64,000 nt of DNA from Chthoniobacteraceae bacterium (lineage in GTDB: Bacteria > Verrucomicrobiota > Verrucomicrobiia > Chthoniobacterales > Chthoniobacteraceae). Made by a program: the position numbers and the translations under genes. The notes under the pieces are model-generated. The model saw nothing but the letters and a program-made list of their open reading frames with translations. It had not been told where the DNA came from and did no database searches. Below are positions 38,237 to 46,852 of the stretch, piece after piece. Position 1 is the first letter of the stretch, and each line of letters starts with the position of its first letter. The DNA lies in the NCBI GenBank assembly GCA_049521415.1, contig JBEKOV010000001.1, positions 28,808 to 92,807 on the forward strand, in the 5' to 3' direction.

Positions 38237-40102
38237 ATGCGAAAAAAAGAATCCGGCGCCACCATCGTGGTCGTCATCAGCGTCATAGCAACACTCGCTG
38301 TCTTCGTCGGGGCCGCACTCGATTATACTTTCGCCGTAGCGAAGGACGTCGAGCGTTCAAACAAGATATCCGAAGCCACCGCCATTGCCAATGGCTGCCT
38401 TCAATACCAGTTCATGTACTGGCGCGAAATCTGCCGGACCCACAACACGCAGGCCCTCGGCACCAGCTATTTTTCCAGCATTCCGCTTCCGACCAGCACT
38501 CAATTCCCGAACGTTTCGAATTTCACCGCAACCACCGGCTCAGGCTCGAGTTATACCGTGTCGAATTACACTGTTTCGGCGTGCAACGCGGAATTAACGC
38601 CACTCACCGGGAGCACCAGCCCCCCCGCTGGCGTCGATGCGACGGGCACAAACAAAACATATTTCTATGAGGCAAACGTCACGGTCAACCTGCCGGATCG
38701 CGGCATTAACGTAGCTCTTACGGCCTCGCAAATATTCGAGCAGCAGTACGAAAGCCCCTGGGAATGGGCGATATTCTTTGCCGACCCGCTCGAGATAGAG
38801 CCAGGTGAGCCAATGACCGTCGATGGCTGGGTGCAAACCAACTCGAATCTCTACACCCCGCTGAATAATCTCACCTTTGGCAGCCAGGCAAACTATGGGC
38901 TCGGCTGGTATATCACGGCCATGCCGGGCGACCAGCATTTGATCGGCGATGGCGACACTTACGCGGACCCAAACTGGCCGGCCGGGCTGCCGCCCAGCCA
39001 GGCAACCCCGACACAGCCCTTCGGACTTATCCCGAGCGATATCTTTGCGGGCTCAAGCTCCAATCCCAACGTCACCGACGCGTATCACGAGTTGATCGAA
39101 CCGCCTGTCCTCACCTCAGCCGACCCGCTTGCCGGATATCGCTACTTTGACAACGCGGGGGCGAAGATACTCATGACCCTCGGCAACTCCGGAGGAGTCT
39201 CAAACGTAATCACCGCGTATGTTTACGACAAAAGCGGCTCGGAAACCTACGTCTCATCGAACCCTACCATGTCAGACTACGGGAATATCATTGGCACCAT
39301 CACATATACCCCGGCCTATACCAAAACCCAGCACGGCCAAACCACCAATGTCGCCGCCTCAACCACCCTTTCCGAAACCCATAATGACTCGACCTACCAG
39401 CAAAATTTGGCCAGCACGTTGTACAACGCCATGACCTTCAATCAGAGCATTCAGGATAACCGCGAAGGCCAGTCCGTGGCAATCACCGAGCTGAATGTCG
39501 GCACCATCACAAGCGCCGTCACCGCTAACAATCTGAGCGGCTTCAACGGGGTGGTCTATATCGACGACGAAGCCTCGACGTCCAGCGCTGAACGCGCCAT
39601 TGAGTTGACGAACGGCGCCCAGTTGCCCTCCGGCGGGCTCACGTTTGCGAGCGGCAATCCTGTCTACATACAGGGGGATTATAACACCACCAGCACCGGC
39701 GGTCGGGCGTCGGCGTCCGTCGTCGCGGACGCGGTGGACATTCTTTCGAACGCGTGGTCGAACAGCAATTCGACGTCGACGCTAAGCTCTCGCCCAGCCA
39801 CCGATACGACCGTCAATACCGCGATTATGTCCGGCATTGTTCCCACATCCAACGGTAACTACAGCGGCGGCGCCGAGAATTTTCCGCGCTTTCTGGAAGA
39901 TTGGAGCAATGCAACGCTCACCTATTACGGCTCGATGGTGGAACTCTATCCGAGCCAACAGGCCACTGGGATGTGGGGCCAAAGCAATGTATACAATCCC
40001 CCGACGCGCGTCTGGCATTTCGACACCAATTTTCAGGTCAGTCCACCCCCGGGCACCCTCATGCTCGTAAAGTACGTGAGAGGACAATGGTATTACCAAT
40101 AA
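38237..40102 (+). CDS. large membrane-anchored pilus or pseudopilus-associated protein (PilX/GspK-like by position)
   Basis: N-terminal anchor GATIVVVISVIATLAVFVGAAL; immediately follows the pseudopilins. Confidence 0.6.
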   Translation: MRKKESGATIVVVISVIATLAVFVGAALDYTFAVAKDVERSNKISEATAIANGCLQYQFMYWREICRTHNTQALGTSYFSSIPLPTSTQFPNVSNFTATTGSGSSYTVSNYTVSACNAELTPLTGSTSPPAGVDATGTNKTYFYEANVTVNLPDRGINVALTASQIFEQQYESPWEWAIFFADPLEIEPGEPMTVDGWVQTNSNLYTPLNNLTFGSQANYGLGWYITAMPGDQHLIGDGDTYADPNWPAGLPPSQATPTQPFGLIPSDIFAGSSSNPNVTDAYHELIEPPVLTSADPLAGYRYFDNAGAKILMTLGNSGGVSNVITAYVYDKSGSETYVSSNPTMSDYGNIIGTITYTPAYTKTQHGQTTNVAASTTLSETHNDSTYQQNLASTLYNAMTFNQSIQDNREGQSVAITELNVGTITSAVTANNLSGFNGVVYIDDEASTSSAERAIELTNGAQLPSGGLTFASGNPVYIQGDYNTTSTGGRASASVVADAVDILSNAWSNSNSTSTLSSRPATDTTVNTAIMSGIVPTSNGNYSGGAENFPRFLEDWSNATLTYYGSMVELYPSQQATGMWGQSNVYNPPTRVWHFDTNFQVSPPPGTLMLVKYVRGQWYYQ

Positions 40103-40659
40103 TTGCCCTGTTGGGCTTCCTTTTCTTTGGCGCCTGCGCGGCGCGCGCGGACCTGGATCTCACTCCCACGGACGCGGTTCAAAAAATGGAACTGATGAAG
40201 ATCCACCGCGTCGTCTTTCACGATGGCGCAAAGGAAATCACTTATCAGGCGCCGAAGGGATGGGTTTGCAACGGATCCCATAATTCAGCCGCCCTGACCA
40301 TCCCGGATCACCCGGAGGCAAGGGCGCTCATCCAATCCGCGCCGCACCTGCGGATACCGGCCTTCGACGACAAGGCGCAAGCCCTTTTCCAGAAGGACCC
40401 GACGCTGCTCCAGCTTCCAAGGGGCGCGAAAAATCTGCAGATCACCGGAGTCACACTCAATCCGCTCGTGATCGACTCGCATCCGACGCTTGAAGTGCAA
40501 ATGACCTATAGCTTTTACGGACAGGCTTGCGAGAAAAGCATCCTTCTTGTCGATCGCAACGGGGCGGAAGTAAGCATCACGCTGGATTGTCTGGCCCCGG
40601 ATTTCGAAATGCTGCACAAGCTGTTTCGCACCAGTTGGTACACCTTCGAAAACCTTTGA
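40087..40659 (+). CDS. secreted hypothetical protein
   Basis: Start MVLPIIALLGFLFFGACAARA (ATG 40087) overlaps the previous gene by 16 nt. Confidence 0.55.
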   Translation: MVLPIIALLGFLFFGACAARADLDLTPTDAVQKMELMKIHRVVFHDGAKEITYQAPKGWVCNGSHNSAALTIPDHPEARALIQSAPHLRIPAFDDKAQALFQKDPTLLQLPRGAKNLQITGVTLNPLVIDSHPTLEVQMTYSFYGQACEKSILLVDRNGAEVSITLDCLAPDFEMLHKLFRTSWYTFENL

Positions 40660-40719
40660 GTAAAATGGCGTAAGGGATTGAGCGCCGCGCGCGAGCACGG
40701 CTTATGCTTTTAATCGGGG

Positions 40720-43653
40720 ATGCTCTTGACCAAGCCCTCGAAGGCATCCCGTAAATTTGCGGGACTGCCGTTCGTATTCATCTTTTGTATTCTAAGCCTC
40801 GCCATGCGGCAGGAGGCGCGGGCGCAGACCGGCAGTTCGATTCTTTATACAAGCGGGACTTACGCCCAGAATTTCGACGGCCTTCCGACCGTCGCACCTT
40901 CGCCGGATCTAACCGGCAGCGGCGTCTTTGCCTTTGGCGATCCAACCGTCGACGGGACGGGCATGGCGGGGTGGTATGGAGACGCCGCCTTGAGCGACGC
41001 CTACTATTCCGGCAGCGGCTCCTCGCCGACCCAGGGCTTCTACGGCTTTGCAACCTCGCCATCCGCCGGTACGGAAGCTCTTGGTATGATCGCAAACAGC
41101 CTCAGTGGTGCTGAAACAATAGGACTGCTGCTGGTCAACAACACGCAGAGTACAATTTTCGACGACCTTTCGATCTCCTTCATCGGCGAACTCTGGAATT
41201 ATGGCGGCGCTCAGAACGCCACCTCGACGATGTCATTCCGTTATCAGGAAGCCGTGGACCCGCAGGCGCCCCTGCCGGCCAACGGCGGCAATCTGAGTGA
41301 CGGCAATTTGAGCTTTTTTTACACCAATCCCAACTCGACGCCGGGGGCTGTGAATGGCACATTGTCCGCCAACCAAACTCCGCTGTCCGACACAGTCGAC
41401 CTGGCCACGCCATGGACTCCTGGGGAAAGCCTGTGGCTTACGTGGTCGATCTTAAGCCCGATTGATTTCTCGCCGGGCGTCGCAATCGCCGACCTTTCCT
41501 TCGCCGCGAGCGGCACCACCATGACGGACCTCGTCTGGACCGGTTCGTCCAACTCGAATTGGGATACATCGAGCGATAATTGGACCGGGGGCACTTATTC
41601 GGATGGTTCTTACGTCACTTTCGGCACTCCTCCCGTGTCCGGCAGCGATGTTGTCGTTACCGCCGACGGAGTAAGTCCCGGTCATATCGCGGTAACCAAT
41701 AGTACGGGCACTTATACTTTTAGCGGAGGCTCGATAGGAGGCTCCGGATACATTACCAAGACCGGCAGCGGTGCGGTGGTTCTCGGCTCATCGAACAGCT
41801 ATTCCGGCGGCACCGTAATTGACGGGGGAACAGTGGTCGCCGATGGCGGCGATGACACGCTGGGCGCGGCGGGAGTCGAGGTGATCTTCGGCGGAGGCCA
41901 GCTCGAGACCGCGGGCGTTGGAATCGTCTCCTCCCGCAACTTTGCCGTGGACAGCGGCGGCGGTTCGTTCAATTCCAATGGATTCGACTCGTCGACATCC
42001 GGCTCACTTGAGGGGAACGGCACCTTTACGAAGACGGGTGTGGGAAACTTGACTATCACCGGCAGTGTGGGCGGCGCGAATATTCAGAGTCCCACGCTGT
42101 CCGTGTTAGGCGGATCGCTCACTCTCAACGAGGGCGCCCCGCAATACTTCAATGTGCCCACGGCAGGCGGCGCATTCGCCGGCAATCTCGTATTCGGTGC
42201 GAACACCCAGGCTGACATTATCGGGTCGACCAGTTCCGCGACACCCGGATTGATCAGCGGCGGCGGCTCGGTCCTTCTCGCCGGGAGCAACAACAATACC
42301 ATCGACGTCGTCGGCGCGACGCCGTTCAGCCCGGCCTATCTCGAGATCGACGATAACATCGTGCTCAATAGCGGCAGCGCGGCGCAGCCCTACACTGCCA
42401 CCTTCGAGTCGACAACCGGAACCTATGGAAACCAACTGACCCTGGGTGGGGTGATTTCCGGCGCGTCCTCCGTGAATTTCACTGGCCCCAATAACGGCAA
42501 GGGAGTGTTCCTGCTAAACAACACTTCCAGCTACTCCGGCGATACGGAGGTCACCACAGGCCAATATGGCGTCGTCCGCCTGGGCGTGGACAACGCGCTG
42601 CCAACTACCACGCAATTGACCTTTGGTTCCGGAGAGGGCGCCACGGGTGCGCTCGACCTCAACAGCCGCAACCAAACCCTGGCCGGATTGATAGATAACT
42701 CCAACTACGCGGCCGCCGGCATCGTCAATACCGGCACATCGACCAGTACCCTCACGATTGACCAATCCTTCGACTCCACTTACAACAGTACCATCGGCAC
42801 GCCGGCCAGCCCGAACCTTTATGGAGCCGGCACCAACCTTGTGCCGAAGGGCGTGGACTTGAATAATATCAATCTTGTCAAGCAAGGGCCCGGCGTGCTC
42901 GAGCTTACCAGCACGAGCCTCTATTACTCCGGCTCCACCCAAGTCAATGGCGGCTCGCTCATTGTCGACGGAAACATCAGCGGCTCCTCGGGTGTCACCG
43001 TCGGCGCGGGGGGCACACTCGCCGGGTTTGGCACGGTGTTTGTTCCCAACGGCGGCCAGGTCGTGGTCAATAATGGCGCCACCCTCTCGCCGGGTGATAA
43101 TTACGCCGGCGGCGGCGACTATCTCCCGACGGGCAGCATGGGTATTCTGGATAGCAGCACCAGTTCCTCCACTTACTCGTCCAATGGCACCTTCTCGCTG
43201 AAGAGCGGCGGGACGCTCGCACTCACCCTGGGCGCCACCACCCCGGGCGGTTCGCAGCAGACGAATAACTATAACAATAATCTCGACAGTCAGCTCTACG
43301 TGCAGGGAACCATCTCCCTCGCGGGCAATCTCTCGCTCTCCCTGCTCAACGATTTTACGACAAATACCGGCGATCTTTTCTTCATCATCCTGAACCTCGA
43401 TCCGAACTTCAACGAGAGTACCATCCCGGTCGATGGCGCCTTCGCAAACGCCCCTTCCACCATCAGCGCACCCGGTCCCAACGGGACCGTCACCTTCGAC
43501 GTTGGCTACACTGGCAATGCCGACGACAATACCTTCACCGGAGGCAACGACGTGGTGCTGGAAGTGGTGTCCGTTCCGGAGCCCGGCGCCATTCCGTGCT
43601 GCCTCGGCGCGGTTGGCATCGTCCTTGCCTTCCGCCGCCGGCGTGCCCGTTAA
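40720..43653 (+). CDS. autotransporter-associated beta-strand repeat protein with PEP-CTERM sorting signal
   Basis: Repeated GxxxLxGxNTYSGGT-like beta-helix units (SNSYSGGTVIDGGTVVA, SSYSGDTEVTTG, YYSGSTQVNGGSLIV); C-terminal VPEPGAIPCCLGAVGIVLAFRRRRAR. Confidence 0.85.
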   Translation: MLLTKPSKASRKFAGLPFVFIFCILSLAMRQEARAQTGSSILYTSGTYAQNFDGLPTVAPSPDLTGSGVFAFGDPTVDGTGMAGWYGDAALSDAYYSGSGSSPTQGFYGFATSPSAGTEALGMIANSLSGAETIGLLLVNNTQSTIFDDLSISFIGELWNYGGAQNATSTMSFRYQEAVDPQAPLPANGGNLSDGNLSFFYTNPNSTPGAVNGTLSANQTPLSDTVDLATPWTPGESLWLTWSILSPIDFSPGVAIADLSFAASGTTMTDLVWTGSSNSNWDTSSDNWTGGTYSDGSYVTFGTPPVSGSDVVVTADGVSPGHIAVTNSTGTYTFSGGSIGGSGYITKTGSGAVVLGSSNSYSGGTVIDGGTVVADGGDDTLGAAGVEVIFGGGQLETAGVGIVSSRNFAVDSGGGSFNSNGFDSSTSGSLEGNGTFTKTGVGNLTITGSVGGANIQSPTLSVLGGSLTLNEGAPQYFNVPTAGGAFAGNLVFGANTQADIIGSTSSATPGLISGGGSVLLAGSNNNTIDVVGATPFSPAYLEIDDNIVLNSGSAAQPYTATFESTTGTYGNQLTLGGVISGASSVNFTGPNNGKGVFLLNNTSSYSGDTEVTTGQYGVVRLGVDNALPTTTQLTFGSGEGATGALDLNSRNQTLAGLIDNSNYAAAGIVNTGTSTSTLTIDQSFDSTYNSTIGTPASPNLYGAGTNLVPKGVDLNNINLVKQGPGVLELTSTSLYYSGSTQVNGGSLIVDGNISGSSGVTVGAGGTLAGFGTVFVPNGGQVVVNNGATLSPGDNYAGGGDYLPTGSMGILDSSTSSSTYSSNGTFSLKSGGTLALTLGATTPGGSQQTNNYNNNLDSQLYVQGTISLAGNLSLSLLNDFTTNTGDLFFIILNLDPNFNESTIPVDGAFANAPSTISAPGPNGTVTFDVGYTGNADDNTFTGGNDVVLEVVSVPEPGAIPCCLGAVGIVLAFRRRRAR

Positions 43654-43658
43654 AGCGA

Positions 43659-43756
43659 TTCAAGAAATGCTGTAGCCGTGTTTTGTGTAGCAAGGACATA
43701 AAGGACGAAAAGGACACAAAGGACGGGCGGCTATACAAAAAGTTGAGCCGCCATAA
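43659..43756 (+). repeat. intergenic repeat element, copy B, with four 9-bp-phased AAGGAC units and a terminal hairpin
   Basis: AAGGAC at 43692, 43701, 43710 and 43719; hairpin GGCGGCT...AGCCGCC; homologous to 15481-15565. Confidence 0.8.
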
Positions 43757-43818
43757 AGAGGGGGTCGGCGCGAATTCTTTGCGATGGCCGGGAGGCGTAT
43801 TTAGGATATTGTGCCGGC

Positions 43819-44016
43819 GTGAGTACCCAAAACGCACTGAAATTGCTGTTCGAATTGCGCGCCGTCCTTGATCGCCTGGGCGAGGAAGACCAGACACTGA
43901 AGGAGGCGCTGGCCCATGACATCGACAGGGCTATGCGTCTGACGGACGCCTGCGTGGCGGAATTGACCGAGGACGAACTTGCGGGAGCCGAAGTCGAAGA
44001 AGCGGATAACCAATAG
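43819..44016 (+). CDS. small acidic hypothetical protein
   Basis: 65-aa ORF with GTG start. Confidence 0.35.
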   Translation: MSTQNALKLLFELRAVLDRLGEEDQTLKEALAHDIDRAMRLTDACVAELTEDELAGAEVEEADNQ

Positions 44017-44123
44017 CCATTCCGGGATGCCGCCGGTGCAGGGCTGGAGCGGTTTCAAAAAACCGTAGCCAATCCAGGCCCAAAGAAACAGGATATGCAA
44101 TGGGTCAAGGGGTTTGATTGGAG

Positions 44124-44154
44124 GTGGAAATAGGTGGGAAGACGTGGAAATAGG
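44124..44154. repeat. two 11-bp direct repeats GTGGAAATAGG spaced 20 bp
   Basis: 44124-44134 and 44144-44154 read directly. Confidence 0.7.
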
Positions 44155-44183
44155 CATCTGGAGAGGGTTTCGGAGGGATTGAG

Positions 44184-44825
44184 TCAGGGCGCGGAGGTTT
44201 GATCGAAACTGGGCCCAAAAGGGGTGATTGACAAAGGTTTGATGGTAAAAACAGGGGTTATGCAGGGCGTCTGCGGGATGGCTGCAGGGGAGTTGCAGGG
44301 GGCATGCCGGCGAAGAGATCGGGCTCGGGAGCGGGGGCGACTTTGGGCTTCTTTTTCGCCCGTTTCTGGGCGGCGAGTTTGGCGGCGGTGGCGAGGATTT
44401 CGACGGTGGAGTCGGTGACTGGAATCTTCTTCTGGAATCTTCTTCTGGAAGAGTTTACCGGCGTCGATGCCGGCGCAGACGTTCCGGGTGGCGATGGCTT
44501 CCTGGTAATAGTCGTCGCCGTGGTGGCTCCGCATGTGGGACTGGACCGAGGTCAGAAAATAGCGTCCAAAATGCCGAATACGTGCCGTGTCGCCGTGGTG
44601 CTGGATGCCGATGATGACTGTGTTTAGAATCTGCCGGTATTTCTCGACGGGAAACTCCCGCCGGATACCGCGGTCGTAGAGGTAAACGGCGGGCGCCTGG
44701 ATGGCCTGAATCAGGAGGCTGCGGTCCCAAAAAAAGGCCTTCTTTGGGCCATCGTAATAGAACTGCCGATTAAGCCTTCCCAGGTATTCATCGACCAGCT
44801 CGGTGCCGAGTTTATCGAGGGTCAT
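44184..44825 (-). CDS. hypothetical early protein, C-terminus probably frameshifted by a 13-bp duplication
   Basis: N-terminal 130 aa look protein-like; after the duplication the frame becomes Arg-rich and low-complexity. Confidence 0.5.
   Translation of the reverse strand: MTLDKLGTELVDEYLGRLNRQFYYDGPKKAFFWDRSLLIQAIQAPAVYLYDRGIRREFPVEKYRQILNTVIIGIQHHGDTARIRHFGRYFLTSVQSHMRSHHGDDYYQEAIATRNVCAGIDAGKLFQKKIPEEDSSHRLHRRNPRHRRQTRRPETGEKEAQSRPRSRARSLRRHAPCNSPAAIPQTPCITPVFTIKPLSITPFGPSFDQTSAP
44419..44450. repeat. perfect 13-bp tandem duplication (about 2.4 copies) inside a coding region
   Basis: GGAATCTTCTTCT at 44421-44433 and 44434-44446, then GGAA. Confidence 0.9.
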
Positions 44826-45184
44826 GCCATAGGGGTGCCTCGCCGATGGATAAGGGTGTCGATTTCGAGTTTGCGGGCGTCGGCTTCGACGCCGGCGCGA
44901 GTGAAGACGTTGCGGGCGTGCCAGAGTTCATCAATTGTGGCCTCGACGGCGAGGCGATAGCCTGGGCTTCCTGGGAAGCTGAGGATGCGTCCGCCGCATT
45001 GGGAGGCGATGGCGCGGACGTAGCGGTGGTCGTTCGAGCGCCACTCAGGGAAGTGGGATTCGATGGCGGCGGCGCGGACCCAGCCGCGGCCTGTGAGCCA
45101 TGCGCAGAGGAGATCGATATCGGCGGGATCGGCGTGGACGGCCGGCTTGCGTGGTTCGATGTCGAGCTGGAGCTGATCGCTCAT
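44822..45184 (-). CDS. hypothetical phage early protein
   Basis: Start MSDQLQLD (ATG 45184); ATGA overlaps on both sides. Confidence 0.55.
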   Translation of the reverse strand: MSDQLQLDIEPRKPAVHADPADIDLLCAWLTGRGWVRAAAIESHFPEWRSNDHRYVRAIASQCGGRILSFPGSPGYRLAVEATIDELWHARNVFTRAGVEADARKLEIDTLIHRRGTPMA

Positions 45185-45465
45185 GTGGCCTGCGATTGTT
45201 CCAAGCGGGCGATGAAGTTGGAAAGGATTGCGCGGGCGGTGTCGATCTGGACGGCTTGTGCGATCATCTTCCAAACGCGGCCTGGATTGCCGACGAAGAG
45301 ATAGTCGTCGGGGAAGCCCTGGAGACGGGCCGCCTCCTGCCACTCGATCTGGCGCCAGTGATCTCCGCATTGAACACCCGCTTCAGCATCCCGGCGGGAG
45401 CAAAGGGTTATCAGCGTGGGGGATTTTTTGTGAGGGAGCCAGGGGTAGAATGTGGATTTAGTGAA
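45181..45465 (-). pseudogene. C-terminal remnant of a DNA (cytosine-5) methyltransferase
   Basis: SPTLITL ... EAARLQGFPDDYLFVG ... MIAQAVQIDTARAIL resembles C5-MTase motifs IX-X (PTLT, RLQGFPD, GNAVP). No motif I (FxGxG) or motif IV (PCQ) found upstream in any frame. Confidence 0.55.
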
Positions 45466-45868
45466 GCATTTCGACGCACTGGGTTGGCGGTCGATGAGGC
45501 GTGGGCTGAGCGGGAGGCTCGTCTCGGCGCTTCCAGACGCCGGGCTGGACTTCCTCCTCGAAATGCGTTCCGTGGCCCTTATAGGCGTGGCCGGACTCGG
45601 TGTTGTGGCGCTCGATGGCCTCGGCCACGGCGGCATCGAGTTCGTGGAGGCGGAGCGTGGCGGGAGTGGCCTTGAGATAACGGGGCTGTTTGTGGTCGTC
45701 GGGATCGGAGAGCAGCTTGCCGTTGACCAATTGGGACATGCGCTCGATTTCCCCGGTGAGCGTTGAGACGCGGAGGGTGAGCCGGGCGCGGATGCCGCAG
45801 AAATGCTCGTGGAGAAGGGCGGCGCGGGCGCGCTGCCAGGCGGTGGTCGTTGAAAGCGCGCAGACCAT
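45458..45868 (-). CDS. hypothetical protein
   Basis: Start MVCALS (ATG 45868). LHELDAAVAEAIERHNTESGHAYKG weakly recalls the C-terminal end of rve-type transposases (speculative). Confidence 0.45.
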   Translation of the reverse strand: MVCALSTTTAWQRARAALLHEHFCGIRARLTLRVSTLTGEIERMSQLVNGKLLSDPDDHKQPRYLKATPATLRLHELDAAVAEAIERHNTESGHAYKGHGTHFEEEVQPGVWKRRDEPPAQPTPHRPPTQCVEMLH

Positions 45869-45870
45869 GT

Positions 45871-46077
45871 TCAAAAACCCTCCTGTTCCAGGCGGCGTTT
45901 CAACGAGGCGAGATCGTGATCGGCGTTTTTGTAGTCGATGGTCTCGGCGAGATCGGGCCGTTCCTGGGCGGCCTTGTGAAGGGCCGCGATTGCCCATTTA
46001 ACGAAGGTGATGGCCGCGGCGGTGCGGAGGCGGAGAGCTTTCGCGACGGCGTTTGGACTGGCGGAAGGCGCGCTCAT
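45871..46077 (-). CDS. hypothetical small protein
   Basis: ATG 46077 forms ATGA overlap with the upstream ORF stop. Confidence 0.4.
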   Translation of the reverse strand: MSAPSASPNAVAKALRLRTAAAITFVKWAIAALHKAAQERPDLAETIDYKNADHDLASLKRRLEQEGF

Positions 46078-46850
46078 TTGCGGGGGGCCTTCCTTGCAGC
46101 TTTCCGTTTCCCGTTGGGGGAAGAGACGCGGCCGTGGGCGCCGTGATTGCTTGTGCCGGCCATGACCCACTCGGCGCCAGTGTAGGCTTCGAGGGTGGAT
46201 TTGAGGAGGGTATGATTGGCCTCGTAGAGGTCCGCCGGGCAATCGTCCTTGAGGGAGACGATCTCCGAGCAGAGCTTGCTGAGGCTCGCGCTGCAGGTGC
46301 CGTGGACGCTGGGCTTTGGGCGTTGTTCGGGAGGGGCGCCGGCGAGCTGTTTGGGTTTGGAGACCTCGCTAAAGGTCAGCCCTGAGAACGCGCCTTTTTC
46401 GCGCAGGCGTTCCACGTCTTCGAGTGTGTGATCCCCATTGAGGCCAAAGAACTTCGCCGCGGCCATGTAGCGCTGGAAAGCACGGAGGCGCGCGCGCACG
46501 TGCCTGCGGTAATCCTCGTCGGTGTCGAACTCAGCGATGCCGCGGCAGAATTCCTTTTGGACGTAGAGGAAAAAGCCTTCGTCCTCGCCTAGCGACACCG
46601 TGTCGCCAGGTTGCTGGTGCGGGGGCGACACGATGTCGCCCCCGTTGCGAGCGGCGCCACTTAACGACGCCGTGTCGCTAAGTTCGCCGGCCATGTCTTT
46701 TCGCCGGCCCTGGCGGCAATGGAGGGCGCGAATTTTGAGGATATAAACGCCCGACGCGGTCGCGTAGGAAAGGAAATCTTCGGCCCGATCTTCGGTCGCG
46801 CCGAGGAGGTCGCGGAGCTGGCCAGCGGCATTGGTGAGCTGCTGCTCCGG
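46074..46850 (-). CDS. hypothetical protein; probably the C-terminal two thirds of the DUF3102-like gene, displaced by a frameshift
   Basis: Protein-like sequence starts right where frame 46853..47221 stops; the N-terminal part of the 387-aa ORF is Gly/Pro-rich junk overlapping that gene. Confidence 0.4.
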   Translation of the reverse strand, partial: PEQQLTNAAGQLRDLLGATEDRAEDFLSYATASGVYILKIRALHCRQGRRKDMAGELSDTASLSGAARNGGDIVSPPHQQPGDTVSLGEDEGFFLYVQKEFCRGIAEFDTDEDYRRHVRARLRAFQRYMAAAKFFGLNGDHTLEDVERLREKGAFSGLTFSEVSKPKQLAGAPPEQRPKPSVHGTCSASLSKLCSEIVSLKDDCPADLYEANHTLLKSTLEAYTGAEWVMAGTSNHGAHGRVSSPNGKRKAARKAPRK

Positions 46851-46852
46851 GC

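Noticed and set aside
15481-43756. The two AAGGAC-element copies as att sites of a 28-kb island
   Set aside because: The interval is filled with core housekeeping genes (mnmG, pdh operon, tal, htrA) of uniform composition. The copies are better explained as a dispersed intergenic repeat family.
43535-43897. 120-aa minus-strand ORF, and the similar 15444..15671 ORF, as a conserved small protein family
   Set aside because: Their shared peptide (SFxSFSSF...) is just the translation of the intergenic AAGGAC repeat element. Both overlap a tRNA or a PEP-CTERM gene end and have junk composition.
45181-45636. Intact small DNA methyltransferase
   Set aside because: Only the last roughly 85 aa resemble a C5-MTase. 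The N-terminal 57 aa of the ORF are Pro/Ser-rich and overlap the upstream gene, and catalytic motifs I and IV are absent. Called a remnant instead.
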